Shown piece after piece: positions 37,460-46,184 of a stretch of 64,000 nt of DNA. This DNA is from Verrucomicrobiota bacterium. Lineage in GTDB: Bacteria; Verrucomicrobiota; Verrucomicrobiia; Limisphaerales; Palsa-1400. Under the pieces are notes generated by a model. It was not told the DNA's origin, did not search any database, and saw nothing but the letters and a program-made list of their open reading frames with translations. The stretch lies in the NCBI GenBank assembly GCA_049510745.1, contig JBEKYR010000025.1, forward strand, positions 1,371 through 65,370. The letters run 5' to 3'. A program made the position numbers and the translations under genes. Each line of letters opens with the position of its first letter. Position 1 is the stretch's first letter.

Positions 37460-38281
37460 GTGAAGAGTGAAAAATCAATTCGTGTCCGAGTGCTCACAGC
37501 CGCCGACATGCACCAATCCTGGCTGCACTATGGGAGCCTTTCTTTGGCCACGCAAGCACATCGGCCTGATGTCGTGGCCATCATTGGAGACGCCCTCGAT
37601 GCATTTCCAATAAGTTCCAAGCGCCAGTTCACCGCGGCCGGGTGCGCGAAAATCCTGGCTGAACTTCCGGTCGAGCATGTTCTTTTCGTACGCGGGAATC
37701 ACGAAGACAGTAATTGGACACAATTTGTGTCCGCCTGGCCGCACGAACGCCGCAAATTAACCGCCCTTTACGGGACCGCCTGCACGATTGGCCCGCTGGT
37801 CATCGTTGGCTTTCCATGCATGACTGGATCGGAGTTTCATTGGTGCGCTCATCTCCCAGCCGACAGCAACGACATGGCATTATGTCCCGCTTCCAGCCGC
37901 GAACCTTTGCCTGCCGACCCGGAGGCATGGCTGCCAGGACTCATGCGCCGTCTCGGGTCGGCGGGCAGGACGCTCTGGCTCATGCATGAAAGCCTCGTGG
38001 GGCTGCCGCTGGCGCATCCGCGCGTATTCAACCCTGGGTGGATAGATGCCGTTGAGCATTATTCACCAAAGCTAACATTAAGCGGCCACGACCACCACAG
38101 CCCTCTAGCCAACGGTGCCTGGCACGTCCTTTTCGAAAAAACCAGGTGTATTAACGTCGGCCAGGCAGAAACGGCCTTTCATTATGCCGTCTTGGATTTT
38201 GAATTTGAAGAGTCCGCTCCTTCCCAGCCATCGAAGGTCATCGTGCGGGCGTTCCCGTGGGGAGAGGAGGTTATTATCTGA
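37460..38281 (+). CDS. Calcineurin-like metallophosphoesterase
   Basis: All MPE motifs are present: LTAADMH (DxH), IIGDALD (GD), VRGNHED (GNHE), LMHE and LSGHDHH (GHxH). GTG at 37460, preceded by AGGAAA, is a plausible start. The ORF-track ATG at 37325 adds a Cys-rich, non-MPE leader. Confidence 0.8.
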   Translation: MKSEKSIRVRVLTAADMHQSWLHYGSLSLATQAHRPDVVAIIGDALDAFPISSKRQFTAAGCAKILAELPVEHVLFVRGNHEDSNWTQFVSAWPHERRKLTALYGTACTIGPLVIVGFPCMTGSEFHWCAHLPADSNDMALCPASSREPLPADPEAWLPGLMRRLGSAGRTLWLMHESLVGLPLAHPRVFNPGWIDAVEHYSPKLTLSGHDHHSPLANGAWHVLFEKTRCINVGQAETAFHYAVLDFEFEESAPSQPSKVIVRAFPWGEEVII

Positions 38282-38478
38282 GGGCTGGCAAACCGCCTGC
38301 TCCTAACGCACACAAGGGGGAAGCTCTGGAGTGCCAACGTAAGTGAAGCTATGAAACAGGATTACAGCGATGTACACGAACGCTCGCCAAGGCTCAAGGC
38401 GATCAAGTGGGGAGCGCCGAAGGGGCACGCCGCAGCCGTCACGGCGGTTGAACAGTCTTCCGCCATCGGGAAAGATGT

Positions 38479-38706
38479 ATGAGCAAAAGACTTGAAGAGA
38501 TAGCGGTCGGGGATTTTGTCTCGCGCCGGTTGGGAGGAGTTCCCATACCTATGCGGTTGAAAGTGACCGAGGTGACAGCGGATCGCATTATTTGCGCCGG
38601 CGGCTGGGAGTTTGATCGCCAGACTGGGGCGGAGATCGACGAAGATCTCGGTTGGAACCCCGGTCGTGTTACCGGTTCCTTTATCGAACCAGAACCAGAG
38701 CCATGA
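38479..38706 (+). CDS. Small hypothetical protein (75 aa)
   Basis: ATG ORF MSKRLEEIAVGDFVSRRLGGVPIPMRLKVTEVTADRIICAGGWEFDRQTGAEIDEDLGW.. No family recognised. Confidence 0.45.
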   Translation: MSKRLEEIAVGDFVSRRLGGVPIPMRLKVTEVTADRIICAGGWEFDRQTGAEIDEDLGWNPGRVTGSFIEPEPEP

Positions 38707-38773
38707 GGTCTATTCCCCGCCCAGCACAAAAAGTGGGTTTGACTCTCCAGGATTCGTAGGCATCCTTGCCCTA

Positions 38774-39118
38774 ATGAATTCACTTTCTGATCTTACAGTA
38801 GTTGAGTTGCGACGAGTAATCGTGATCAAGGAGCAAATTGAGTCGTTACAGAAACAACTTGAAGCTTTGGCCGGGGAAGCCGGCGAGGCCAGACCAACCG
38901 AAGCTCCCGCTCCCGCCAAGCGCAAACTGTCCGCCGTCCATCGGCGCAAACTTGTAAAGGCCCTGGCGAAGGCGCGGAAAGCACGTTGGGCAAAGGCAAA
39001 AGCGGCCAAGACTGCCACGGCTCCGAAGAAGCGGCGTATAAGCGCCAAGGGCCGCGCAGCTTTGTCGGCCGCTGCGAAGGCGCGGTGGGCCAAATTCCGG
39101 GCGGCGAAAGCTGCCTAA
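38774..39118 (+). CDS. Small basic protein with coiled-coil N-terminus and two (K/A)ARWAK repeats
   Basis: The ATG at 38774 gives MNSLSDLTVVELRRVIVIKEQIESLQKQLEAL.., then KLSAVHRRKLVKALAKARKARWAKAKAAK and RISAKGRAALSAAAKARWAKFRAAKAA. Confidence 0.6.
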   Translation: MNSLSDLTVVELRRVIVIKEQIESLQKQLEALAGEAGEARPTEAPAPAKRKLSAVHRRKLVKALAKARKARWAKAKAAKTATAPKKRRISAKGRAALSAAAKARWAKFRAAKAA

Positions 39119-39580
39119 AGCTGGGGGCCGGTTCAGACGTTTTTCTCGGCCCATTGGCATCATCCCCAGGTGCCACTTGCCAGATTTCGCGGCGTGGAAA
39201 GCAGGGCCACCCGTTGAGTGCCAGGTACCGCGGTTGCCGCCGACATGGAAACCCTCAACATAGCGGGACAGGAATTTTAGCGAGTCCTCCCGGCGCAAGG
39301 TGTCGTTGGGAAACAGAAAGACGCCGAGCCCCAATCGTGTCAGTCAATCCGACTTCAAATAATGATGCGCCAATGCCGAGGACACGCCTAATTTCCGCGA
39401 CTGCCGACTGTCAAAAGGGTTTCCCGGGGGAAAGCGCTTTGCAGGGTTTTGATTGATTTGTGGCGGATAGTTGAAGCCATGCTTGAACTATTCATCCTAA
39501 AGCAATCCTGAGGCGAAATCATTCTGAACGGAATCGTGGCCCAACGATCCAACCCCTCCACGGTGGTCCTGCCGCGGCAA

Positions 39581-40069
39581 TCACTTCGTCGGCTGCCGGA
39601 CTTCCAATTTTGGCCGCCGATGCGTCTTGTCGTCCGCAACAAACTCAATCCTCATTCCCCAGCCGGCATAGGTGCAGACCAGGCGGCCAAATTCACGCCA
39701 TGTCAGCTCTTTGTCGTCCACAATGATGACCGGCTCTCTCTCCCCTTCCGCAGCGTCATCAATAAGGCACCGAAGGACATCTCCCCTTGCAGTCCATTGA
39801 TCGGAGTCAGCGTGATATTCGATTTGCGGCTGGCCCAGGGGAATTTCGACAACAACGTGTTTGTATTCGGCCGCCAATTGAGCCTGCGCCCGGAGCGAGT
39901 CGTTATACAGATCCACAATCTCCTGATCAGTCATCTCAACAACCTGCGGGCCGATTTGAAAGTGGGTCGTGGCGTAAGCCGGGTCTTTGTATTGAATGAC
40001 AGCCGTATCCCCTTCCCGGGTGATAATGACCTCATCAAGGCTGGTAACGATGGGACGGAATTTTCTCAT
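39581..40069 (-). CDS. Hypothetical protein (162 aa)
   Basis: The ATG at 40069 gives MRKFRPIVTSLDEVIITREGDTAVIQYKDPAYATTHFQ.. The ORF-track start at 40213 is an extension. Confidence 0.55.
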   Translation of the reverse strand: MRKFRPIVTSLDEVIITREGDTAVIQYKDPAYATTHFQIGPQVVEMTDQEIVDLYNDSLRAQAQLAAEYKHVVVEIPLGQPQIEYHADSDQWTARGDVLRCLIDDAAEGEREPVIIVDDKELTWREFGRLVCTYAGWGMRIEFVADDKTHRRPKLEVRQPTK

Positions 40070-40202
40070 TCGAGTCTGCAGTTCACGGAGAGGTAATAGC
40101 ACCGCGCCGAGTGAAATGAAATCAAAAAAACAAATCCCCGCACCGACGTTGAAATCAAGTTGCGCTGGCTGGCGGGACAAAGCCAATATCAGGACCATCG
40201 CT

Positions 40203-40604
40203 ATGAACAACACAGACGATCACCGCTGGGACTTGTGCGAAGGGGATAAAGGCTACTTGCCCGAATGTGAAGACGCCTTCGAGAAAAAACTTGAAGAATG
40301 GCGGGCGCGGAATTGGATGGATTGGCTCGGTCAACAACTAACCTTTCCATTCCTCGTAACGCGCGAAGAGGATGAGGACGATGCTTATTTCTCTGCCGGC
40401 GCAGCCAAATCCCCCTTCCGCCTGGGCCACAAAATGGAGGTGCTGGCGCTGGCTGAAGAGGAGGTTGACATGGGTGTCATGGTCACGGTTAGGGAAAAGG
40501 GACAAACCGGATGCGTTCCTTTGGCCGATGTGGAGGTGAAACCCAAATCGGACAAGAATTTCTGGCCCGTCAAAGAATACGTGGTCTGGTTTGCCAACCG
40601 CTAA
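40203..40604 (+). CDS. Acidic hypothetical protein (133 aa)
   Basis: The ATG at 40203 gives MNNTDDHRWDLCEGDKGYLPECEDAFEKKLEEWRARNWMDWLGQQLTFPFLV...VPLADVEVKPKSDKNFWPVKEYVVWFANR. Confidence 0.6.
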   Translation: MNNTDDHRWDLCEGDKGYLPECEDAFEKKLEEWRARNWMDWLGQQLTFPFLVTREEDEDDAYFSAGAAKSPFRLGHKMEVLALAEEEVDMGVMVTVREKGQTGCVPLADVEVKPKSDKNFWPVKEYVVWFANR

Positions 40605-40765
40605 CAGTGAGTGGGTAAACGACTGCAACCGCGTTTGAATTTCTTGCCGCTGCAGGTTTGGCAGCAAGACGTCCGCTTTCCGCGGATCGTGACCCCGAAT
40701 TCCCTCAACACACCTGAAAACTGATGGCGTACCGGGTGAGGCGGATTGTATGCTTTGTGCGTCAT
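40601..40765 (-). CDS. Micro-ORF (54 aa) ending in a SEC-C-like metal-binding motif
   Basis: MTHKAYNPPHPVRHQFSGVLREFGVTIRGKRTSCCQTCSGKKFKRGCSRLPTHC, to be compared with the SEC-C motif CPCGSGKK(Y/F)KxCC. It overlaps neighbouring genes at both ends, so it is uncertain. Confidence 0.35.
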   Translation of the reverse strand: MTHKAYNPPHPVRHQFSGVLREFGVTIRGKRTSCCQTCSGKKFKRGCSRLPTHC

Positions 40766-42620
40766 GTCATATTCCCTGGCATTGTCGCCCGGGGGACATT
40801 TATTTGTCGAACCGGACGACCAAGCTGAACCGAAACTCAGCCACGCGACTGCTGCGCGCCTGACTGAGGCTTTCAGCGCCTCGCTCGCGCGCGGTTTGGA
40901 AACGCTGGTGTCGGAGTTCTTGCATGAACCACTGCCGCCCACCTTCGTATTTTGGCGTGGCGTTGCCCAACGACTCTTCATCTCGCTTTGTCACAACCCG
41001 AATTTGCAGGATGCTTCCACGATTACGATTTCCAAGCCGGCGGAGGCCGAGTGGTCCGCGCTGGCGGAAGGGGCACCGCCGATGAGGGGCCTGGAGTATT
41101 TGAATGGCGCAGTCCTGGCAAGATTGTGGGACGAGCTGGATGCTCATGTTCGTGCCGCCATCGCCCAAGCCCCGGGCGGAGCGGTGGCGTACCTGAAGAA
41201 CTGCAACCCGGTCTGGAATGCGGTTGGACGCGTCACTTTTCATCTGGCGGAGAACAAGCGCAACCCGGCGTATCCCTTTGCTTTCCTGGCCACCTACACC
41301 CATCGCATTTCCGAGCAGGGGAAAGTTCAGCATCTGCCGTTGGGCCGCGCTTTGGAAGAATATGCAGGGGCGAAGAATCGTGCCGCGCTGGCCGCGTTAT
41401 TGTCGCCGGTGCAGCGGGCGGCGGAACAGAGCAAACTGGCCCGCGAGTTGTTGGACTCATGCGCGATTTTTCATCCGCAAGTTTGGCGGCCCCACCAGGC
41501 GTTTTCGTTTCTGCAAAATATTCCTTTTTCCGAGCAAAGCGGCCTGGTGGTCCGGATTCCGGATTGGTGGAAGGCGGGGCGGCCACCCCGGCCGCAGGTG
41601 ACTGTGCGGATTGGCGAAGCCAAGGGAAACCTGCTCGGCGCTGATAGTTTGCTGGACTTCAAAGTGCAAATGTCGTTGGAAGGCGAGCCCCTGACGGAAT
41701 CGGAACTAAAGGCCATCCTGCAATCGGCCAGCGGTTTGGTGTTGCTCAAGGGCAAGTGGGTCGAGGTGGACCGGGACAAACTCCAGGAGGTCATGGATCA
41801 CTGGAAAAAGGTTGAGGCCGCTGGCGGCCCGGGCAGGATGCCACTGCTCGAAGGCCTGCGCCTTCTTTCCGGCTTCGAGGGCAGTCAAGCCGGCCAACCG
41901 GAGGCGGAAGCGGCGCGCGCGGCGTGGTCGAGCGTCGTGGCCGGAGGCGCCCTGAAGAAGTTGTTGGAGGAGATGCAGCAACCGGAGGTTTCCGCCGAGT
42001 CAGACCCGGGCCAGGATTTGCAGGCGACGTTGCGGCCGTATCAGCGCCAAGGCGCGCATTGGCTCTGGTTCATGAACCGGCTGGGACTGGGGGCCTGCCT
42101 GGCGGATGACATGGGTCTTGGCAAAACCATCCAAGTTCTATCCCTCCTGCTGGTGCTCAAGCGCCGACGAATCCAGCCGCCGCCTGCCGCCAGCGAGATC
42201 GGGGCAAGCCTCCTGATTGTGCCAGCCTCGCTTATTGCCAACTGGAAAGCCGAGATTCAGAAGTTTGCGCCTTCGCTGTCGGTGTTCTACGCCCATCCGG
42301 CGGAAACTCCCGCCGACGAACTTACCAGGACGGGGAAAGACCCGGCCAAAGCGCTGGAGCGCAGGGACCTTGTCATCATAAGTTACTCGATGGCCATTCG
42401 GCTGGCCTGGCTGAAGGAAGTCAATTGGAGCCTGGCCGTTCTGGACGAGGCGCAGGCGATAAAAAATCCGGGCGCGCGCCAGAGCCGGGCGGTGAGAGAA
42501 CTGCGCTGCCGGCACCGGATTGCGCTGAGCGGCACGCCGATTGAGAACCGGCTTTCGGATTTGTGGTCGCTCTTCGACTTCCTCTGTCCCGGCCTGCTGG
42601 GCGGCGCACGGGAGTTCGCG
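40764..42620 (+). pseudogene. SNF2-family helicase, C-terminally truncated (SNF2-associated N-domain + helicase motifs I-III only)
   Basis: Contains LRPYQRQGAHWLWFMNRLGLGACLADDMGLGKTIQ (motifs I/Ia), LAVLDEAQAIKNP (DEAQ box) and ALSGTPIENRLSDLWSLFDFLCPGLLG (motif III). After about 42610 the frame becomes low-complexity basic sequence, and no helicase C-terminal domain exists. Confidence 0.75.
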
Positions 42621-42639
42621 GCCTCCGGCCCCGCCGTCG

Positions 42640-42798
42640 ACGCCGGTGCCCAAGCGCGGATCGCAGCAGAAGCAAAAGACCGTGCGCAGATCAAGCGTCG
42701 CGATACGGGCAAGACTCGTGGCCGCCGCCAGGGCAAGATGGGCCAAGATCAAGAAACAGCAGCACGACAGCAAAGGCAACCAAGGCGGGCTAACTTGA
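42640..42798 (+). pseudogene. Fragment of an ARWAK-repeat protein gene abutting the SNF2 truncation point
   Basis: The alternative frame (ORF 42541..42798) reads ..RRSSVAIRARLVAAARARWAKIKKQQ.., paralogous to the C-terminus of 38774..39118. Confidence 0.35.
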
Positions 42799-43005
42799 GT
42801 GGGGATCGAGGCGTGCCGATGAGAAAAAGATCCGGTGCTCACAGGGGTTCCACTCCGATTATTTGTGTGCCGCCCAAATGAGAGGCAGTGGCAAGCCGTG
42901 CAGATTCGCGCTCGATTTCGCGGGCGCTTACCTCGATGTGCCACCGGAGTTTCCTGATGAAACTTGGGCTGCGTGCGAAGCTGAAAAGCTCGATCCATTT
43001 CCTGC

Positions 43006-44358
43006 TTAAATTTCTTCTTCGCCATCGGCCTGCCCGGCATCTTGCAAAGGGTTGAAGCCATTCCTGGCCATCTCGGCTTGGGACTCGTAGATCTCTGAGC
43101 CAGTACCCTCGTCTCGGGCGAGTTCCTGAGCAACGTACTCGACTTCCCCTTCATCGCCACTCTCGATGGTATCGATGATCATCTGGACGCTCTTCCGAAT
43201 AATGTCGATGGTGTTGTGCAGCCACATGTTGAGCATCTCGTTGGTCTTCGGCGCCGATTCCAGAACCATGAGGGCATCTGCCTCCAACTGCCTGGCCGCG
43301 GCGATGGCTTCGTCGTGTTCACCAGCCTTGACCAGTTGGATCAGCCGGAGAAGTTTGGGCCGCAGGTTGTGCTGCTTGATAAACTCTGTCGTTTCCTTGG
43401 GCACCACGGCGTTGTAGAGGTCGTTTCGCTTCACCGCTGGAGGCACCTGCTTGGCGGGGCTGAATCGCCCGTGGTCGATGCTCATGCTGCGCCCCGAATT
43501 CTTCTGGATGTATTTTTGGGCCAGGCTGTCGGCGATCTGGTTGTCGTTGCGGCTGATTTTTGTCAGATCATAGAGGTACGTTTTGCGCATCTTGCGGAGG
43601 AACACGCAGTAGGATTGCATCTTGTCCTTGGCGTGCCAGAGGCCGGCGATCTGCTTGGTGACGAGTTGAGAGTCAGAGAACGTCTGAACAGGCGCCTTGG
43701 GCTGAATCTCCGCAGGGTAGGCGTCCTCCAACACGAGCCTATTGAGGCGGGCCAGTGTCATACCCTGGGGGTTTTGATCCAGGAGTTGCTGCGTAGCGGG
43801 CCGCAAAGCGATCCCCGAAAGCATCAGGGCGTTGTAGATGGGCTGGCCGTGGATGATGGCGTTGAGCTCTGTAGCGAGGCTCCCTTTGAAGGCATCGAGT
43901 TCAGGGCCTGGTTCTGTGTTGGCTGGGGCGCGCTTTACCGCATTGTGCAGCTTTGCGCTGAAGAAAGCCGATATTTCGTCCGTCGGCGATCTGAATTTTT
44001 CCACCAACGGCGCCACGTTCTTGATGTCCGCGCCGGTGATGGTCGCAGGGGTGGCCAAGGTGGGTTGTGGATAAACTTCCTGTAAGATCCGGAGCCCGCA
44101 CTTCAAAGCCAGGTATTCCGCCTCGTTGCAGGTGCCGTGGCCGACGAACATGTGCTCTGCGAACAGGCACTGATCACGCTGGCGAGCAAAGAGGCCGATG
44201 TGCATGGCGCCGGGGTTCTCACATAGCCCATCCACATAAAGTCGGATCGGCTCTCCCTCCTCCAGGGAGACGCTGTACTCTGTTTTGACGCGTGCGACAA
44301 CGGTCTGGATTGCTTCATCGATGTTGGTAGTTTGCGGTTTGTTTTCTGTTGTGTTCAT
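43006..44358 (-). CDS. RNase H-fold (RNase HI/RVT_3-like) protein with a large internal insertion and an acidic helical C-terminal extension
   Basis: The ATG at 44358 gives MNTTENK... RNase H blocks: IRLYVDGLCENPGAMHIGLF (D), GHGTCNEAEYLALKCGLRILQE (E), then roughly 125-140 extra residues (counted by hand), then FSDSQLVTKQIAGLWHAKD (D) and ISRNDNQIADSLAQ (D). About 165 further residues follow, ending ..DAGQADGEEEI. Confidence 0.7.
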   Translation of the reverse strand: MNTTENKPQTTNIDEAIQTVVARVKTEYSVSLEEGEPIRLYVDGLCENPGAMHIGLFARQRDQCLFAEHMFVGHGTCNEAEYLALKCGLRILQEVYPQPTLATPATITGADIKNVAPLVEKFRSPTDEISAFFSAKLHNAVKRAPANTEPGPELDAFKGSLATELNAIIHGQPIYNALMLSGIALRPATQQLLDQNPQGMTLARLNRLVLEDAYPAEIQPKAPVQTFSDSQLVTKQIAGLWHAKDKMQSYCVFLRKMRKTYLYDLTKISRNDNQIADSLAQKYIQKNSGRSMSIDHGRFSPAKQVPPAVKRNDLYNAVVPKETTEFIKQHNLRPKLLRLIQLVKAGEHDEAIAAARQLEADALMVLESAPKTNEMLNMWLHNTIDIIRKSVQMIIDTIESGDEGEVEYVAQELARDEGTGSEIYESQAEMARNGFNPLQDAGQADGEEEI

Positions 44359-44404
44359 GCCGTCAACAGTGAGTGAGCGGAGATCCTTGTTTTCCTTGTT
44401 GTGG

Positions 44405-44989
44405 CTAAAGCTGGGGTAGGGACTCGGTCGAGAATTGCTGATCCAAGTCTGTCCAACCTGGGTGAAAATCCGGCCAATAGGAGACACGCTTCAGCGGCCT
44501 CTGGAACAAGTGTGAGTCGAACCGGAGGAGCCGGTGCATCTGGTGCATGGCCAGCCCATCCAGGCTCAGTTGCCTCTCGATTTCGCGGCCGGTGAGTGAA
44601 ATCAATCCCGCGCGGTCGCCATTGGTTCGGAAAGCGACATGGTTCATCAGGTTGACGATGCCCGCCTGCCAATCCAGCTGCTGGTGATAATAGGAGCGCA
44701 TGATCTCCGGCCCCAGATCGCACTCGGATTGGCTCAACTGGTTGGCCAGCCGAAGATTCCCACCCAGCCAAGAGTGAGTCAGGTGAGTGGAAAGCGGATA
44801 AGTCTTGAAATTCGGGTCCTTGGACAACTCCATGATGAGCCGCATAAAGTTGGTGTAGAAGGGCTCGATGCGCTGGAAGTAATTGAAGCCGCGGACGGCA
44901 GCGTGCTCCGTCGATAAGGTGTAGCACGACAAGTCCCCAGGCTTATCCAGCTCCATCTTCCAGTGGGTCATTACGATGGCCAGCACCAT
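44405..44989 (-). CDS. Hypothetical protein (194 aa), middle gene of the cassette
   Basis: ATG at 44989 lies 3 nt after the stop of the upstream ORF (TAG 44995..44993). No family recognised. Confidence 0.6.
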   Translation of the reverse strand: MVLAIVMTHWKMELDKPGDLSCYTLSTEHAAVRGFNYFQRIEPFYTNFMRLIMELSKDPNFKTYPLSTHLTHSWLGGNLRLANQLSQSECDLGPEIMRSYYHQQLDWQAGIVNLMNHVAFRTNGDRAGLISLTGREIERQLSLDGLAMHQMHRLLRFDSHLFQRPLKRVSYWPDFHPGWTDLDQQFSTESLPQL

Positions 44990-44992
44990 CGG

Positions 44993-45734
44993 CTACAGTT
45001 CCACCGGAAGCTGAAAAGGCAGGCCATCGTGAGTAACCGCGCCGCGCAGCAGGCACGTGGCGCCCTCAAACCCGTCGCGGTCCATCATCATCTCATCCTT
45101 GAGCTTCGGATCCAGCGTGGCGTAAACGCAACTCTCGCTGTGGCGCGCGACGACCCGCCGGCCGCTCGGCAACAGCATGGCCCCAGTCTCATGGTCATGA
45201 AGAGTGAAGTCCTCCATGGAGTTGGCGGCTGCTCTGAAGGGGTAGCCGTAAAAGCGATCCCCGTTGCCGAAGCGCGCTAGCACGCGCCAGGGGTCGGGTT
45301 CGCAGTCCACGCACGGGTAGGCAAACCCGCCGGTGGCCGGCAGGATGTCGGCAAAGATGGGCGCGGGAACGTCAGCCAGGCCGCCCAACTGAGCATCCGG
45401 ATATATATAGCGCGCCGGGAACAATTGCACGGGGCCCAAGCCGCGGGCGAGCGATCCCAGGAACAAAAACACCTTTTCGAGTTGAATGTGGGGTGCCAGG
45501 GCGAAGCCGATCTGGGGCAGGCCGACGATCAGCGTCGTGTTGACCCCTTGGAGTGTCTTGGGCTTGAGATCCTGCCAAAGCTGGTGGTGGTAGCGCAGGT
45601 GTGGCGGGCGTTTATCCCGAGCCAGGTGGCCTGAGACGGCGACTGGAGCCAGGGCACATGGAGGAGAGACGCATGTTCGGCCGGCAGTGGGACCATCTGT
45701 GGAAGCTGGTGCGCCAGGCCAAGCCTGGTTGATC
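44993..45734 (-). CDS. Hypothetical protein, apparently 5'-truncated or interrupted by the group II intron
   Basis: ORF 44993..45940 is open across the intron 5' end. Its only ATGs upstream of residue 240 (45769, 45757) lie inside intron sequence. The part outside the intron is about 247 codons. No family recognised. Confidence 0.5.
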
Positions 45735-46184
45735 GTGCGAACTGAAAGGTGAGCCATGTAAATGTCCATGAAACATGAAGCGACCCGCACTGCGACGGCG
45801 GCAACGTCGGCGCAGAAGCTGCGGGAAGCGCGCGCCGAGCTGTAGCGAAAGCGAACCGAAATGAGCCTCGTTACACTAAGTGAAGGTGGCCAGTTTGTCA
45901 GAGATAATGAAGCCAGCACGCTGGTCGAAGACATGGACACATGCGGGCCAGCGACCTTCCGGGGTCAAAGCGGACAGCGCGAGCGCCAAAGGATCAATCA
46001 AGGAACCTGGGAGGCCCACGTACGGAGGCAGGGAGTCGGGGGCCAATTTCGTTTGGCAATCCATAACCGGGCGGGACTGGGCGTGGGAGTCGGAAGGGCC
46101 CGTAGTAGCGGGGAAGCGAGTAATGATCGTGGAGCCAAGGGGCCCTAATGCAGAACGAGCCGAGTCAGAGGAAGGAAGAGCCGA

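Noticed and set aside
39130-39334. GKWHLG, a sulfatase-signature-like hexapeptide, in minus-strand ORF 38846..39334.
   Set aside because: It is an isolated hexapeptide. The surrounding sequence shows none of the other sulfatase blocks (no C/S-x-P-x-R), and the ORF overlaps the ARWAK protein gene antisense. It is probably chance.
42138-43160. 340-aa minus-strand ORF between the SNF2 remnant and the RNase H-like gene (contains MAKKKFKQEMDRAF..).
   Set aside because: It is mostly antisense to the degenerate SNF2 tail, overlaps the 3' end of the RNase H-like gene, and has an Arg/Pro/Ala-rich composition.
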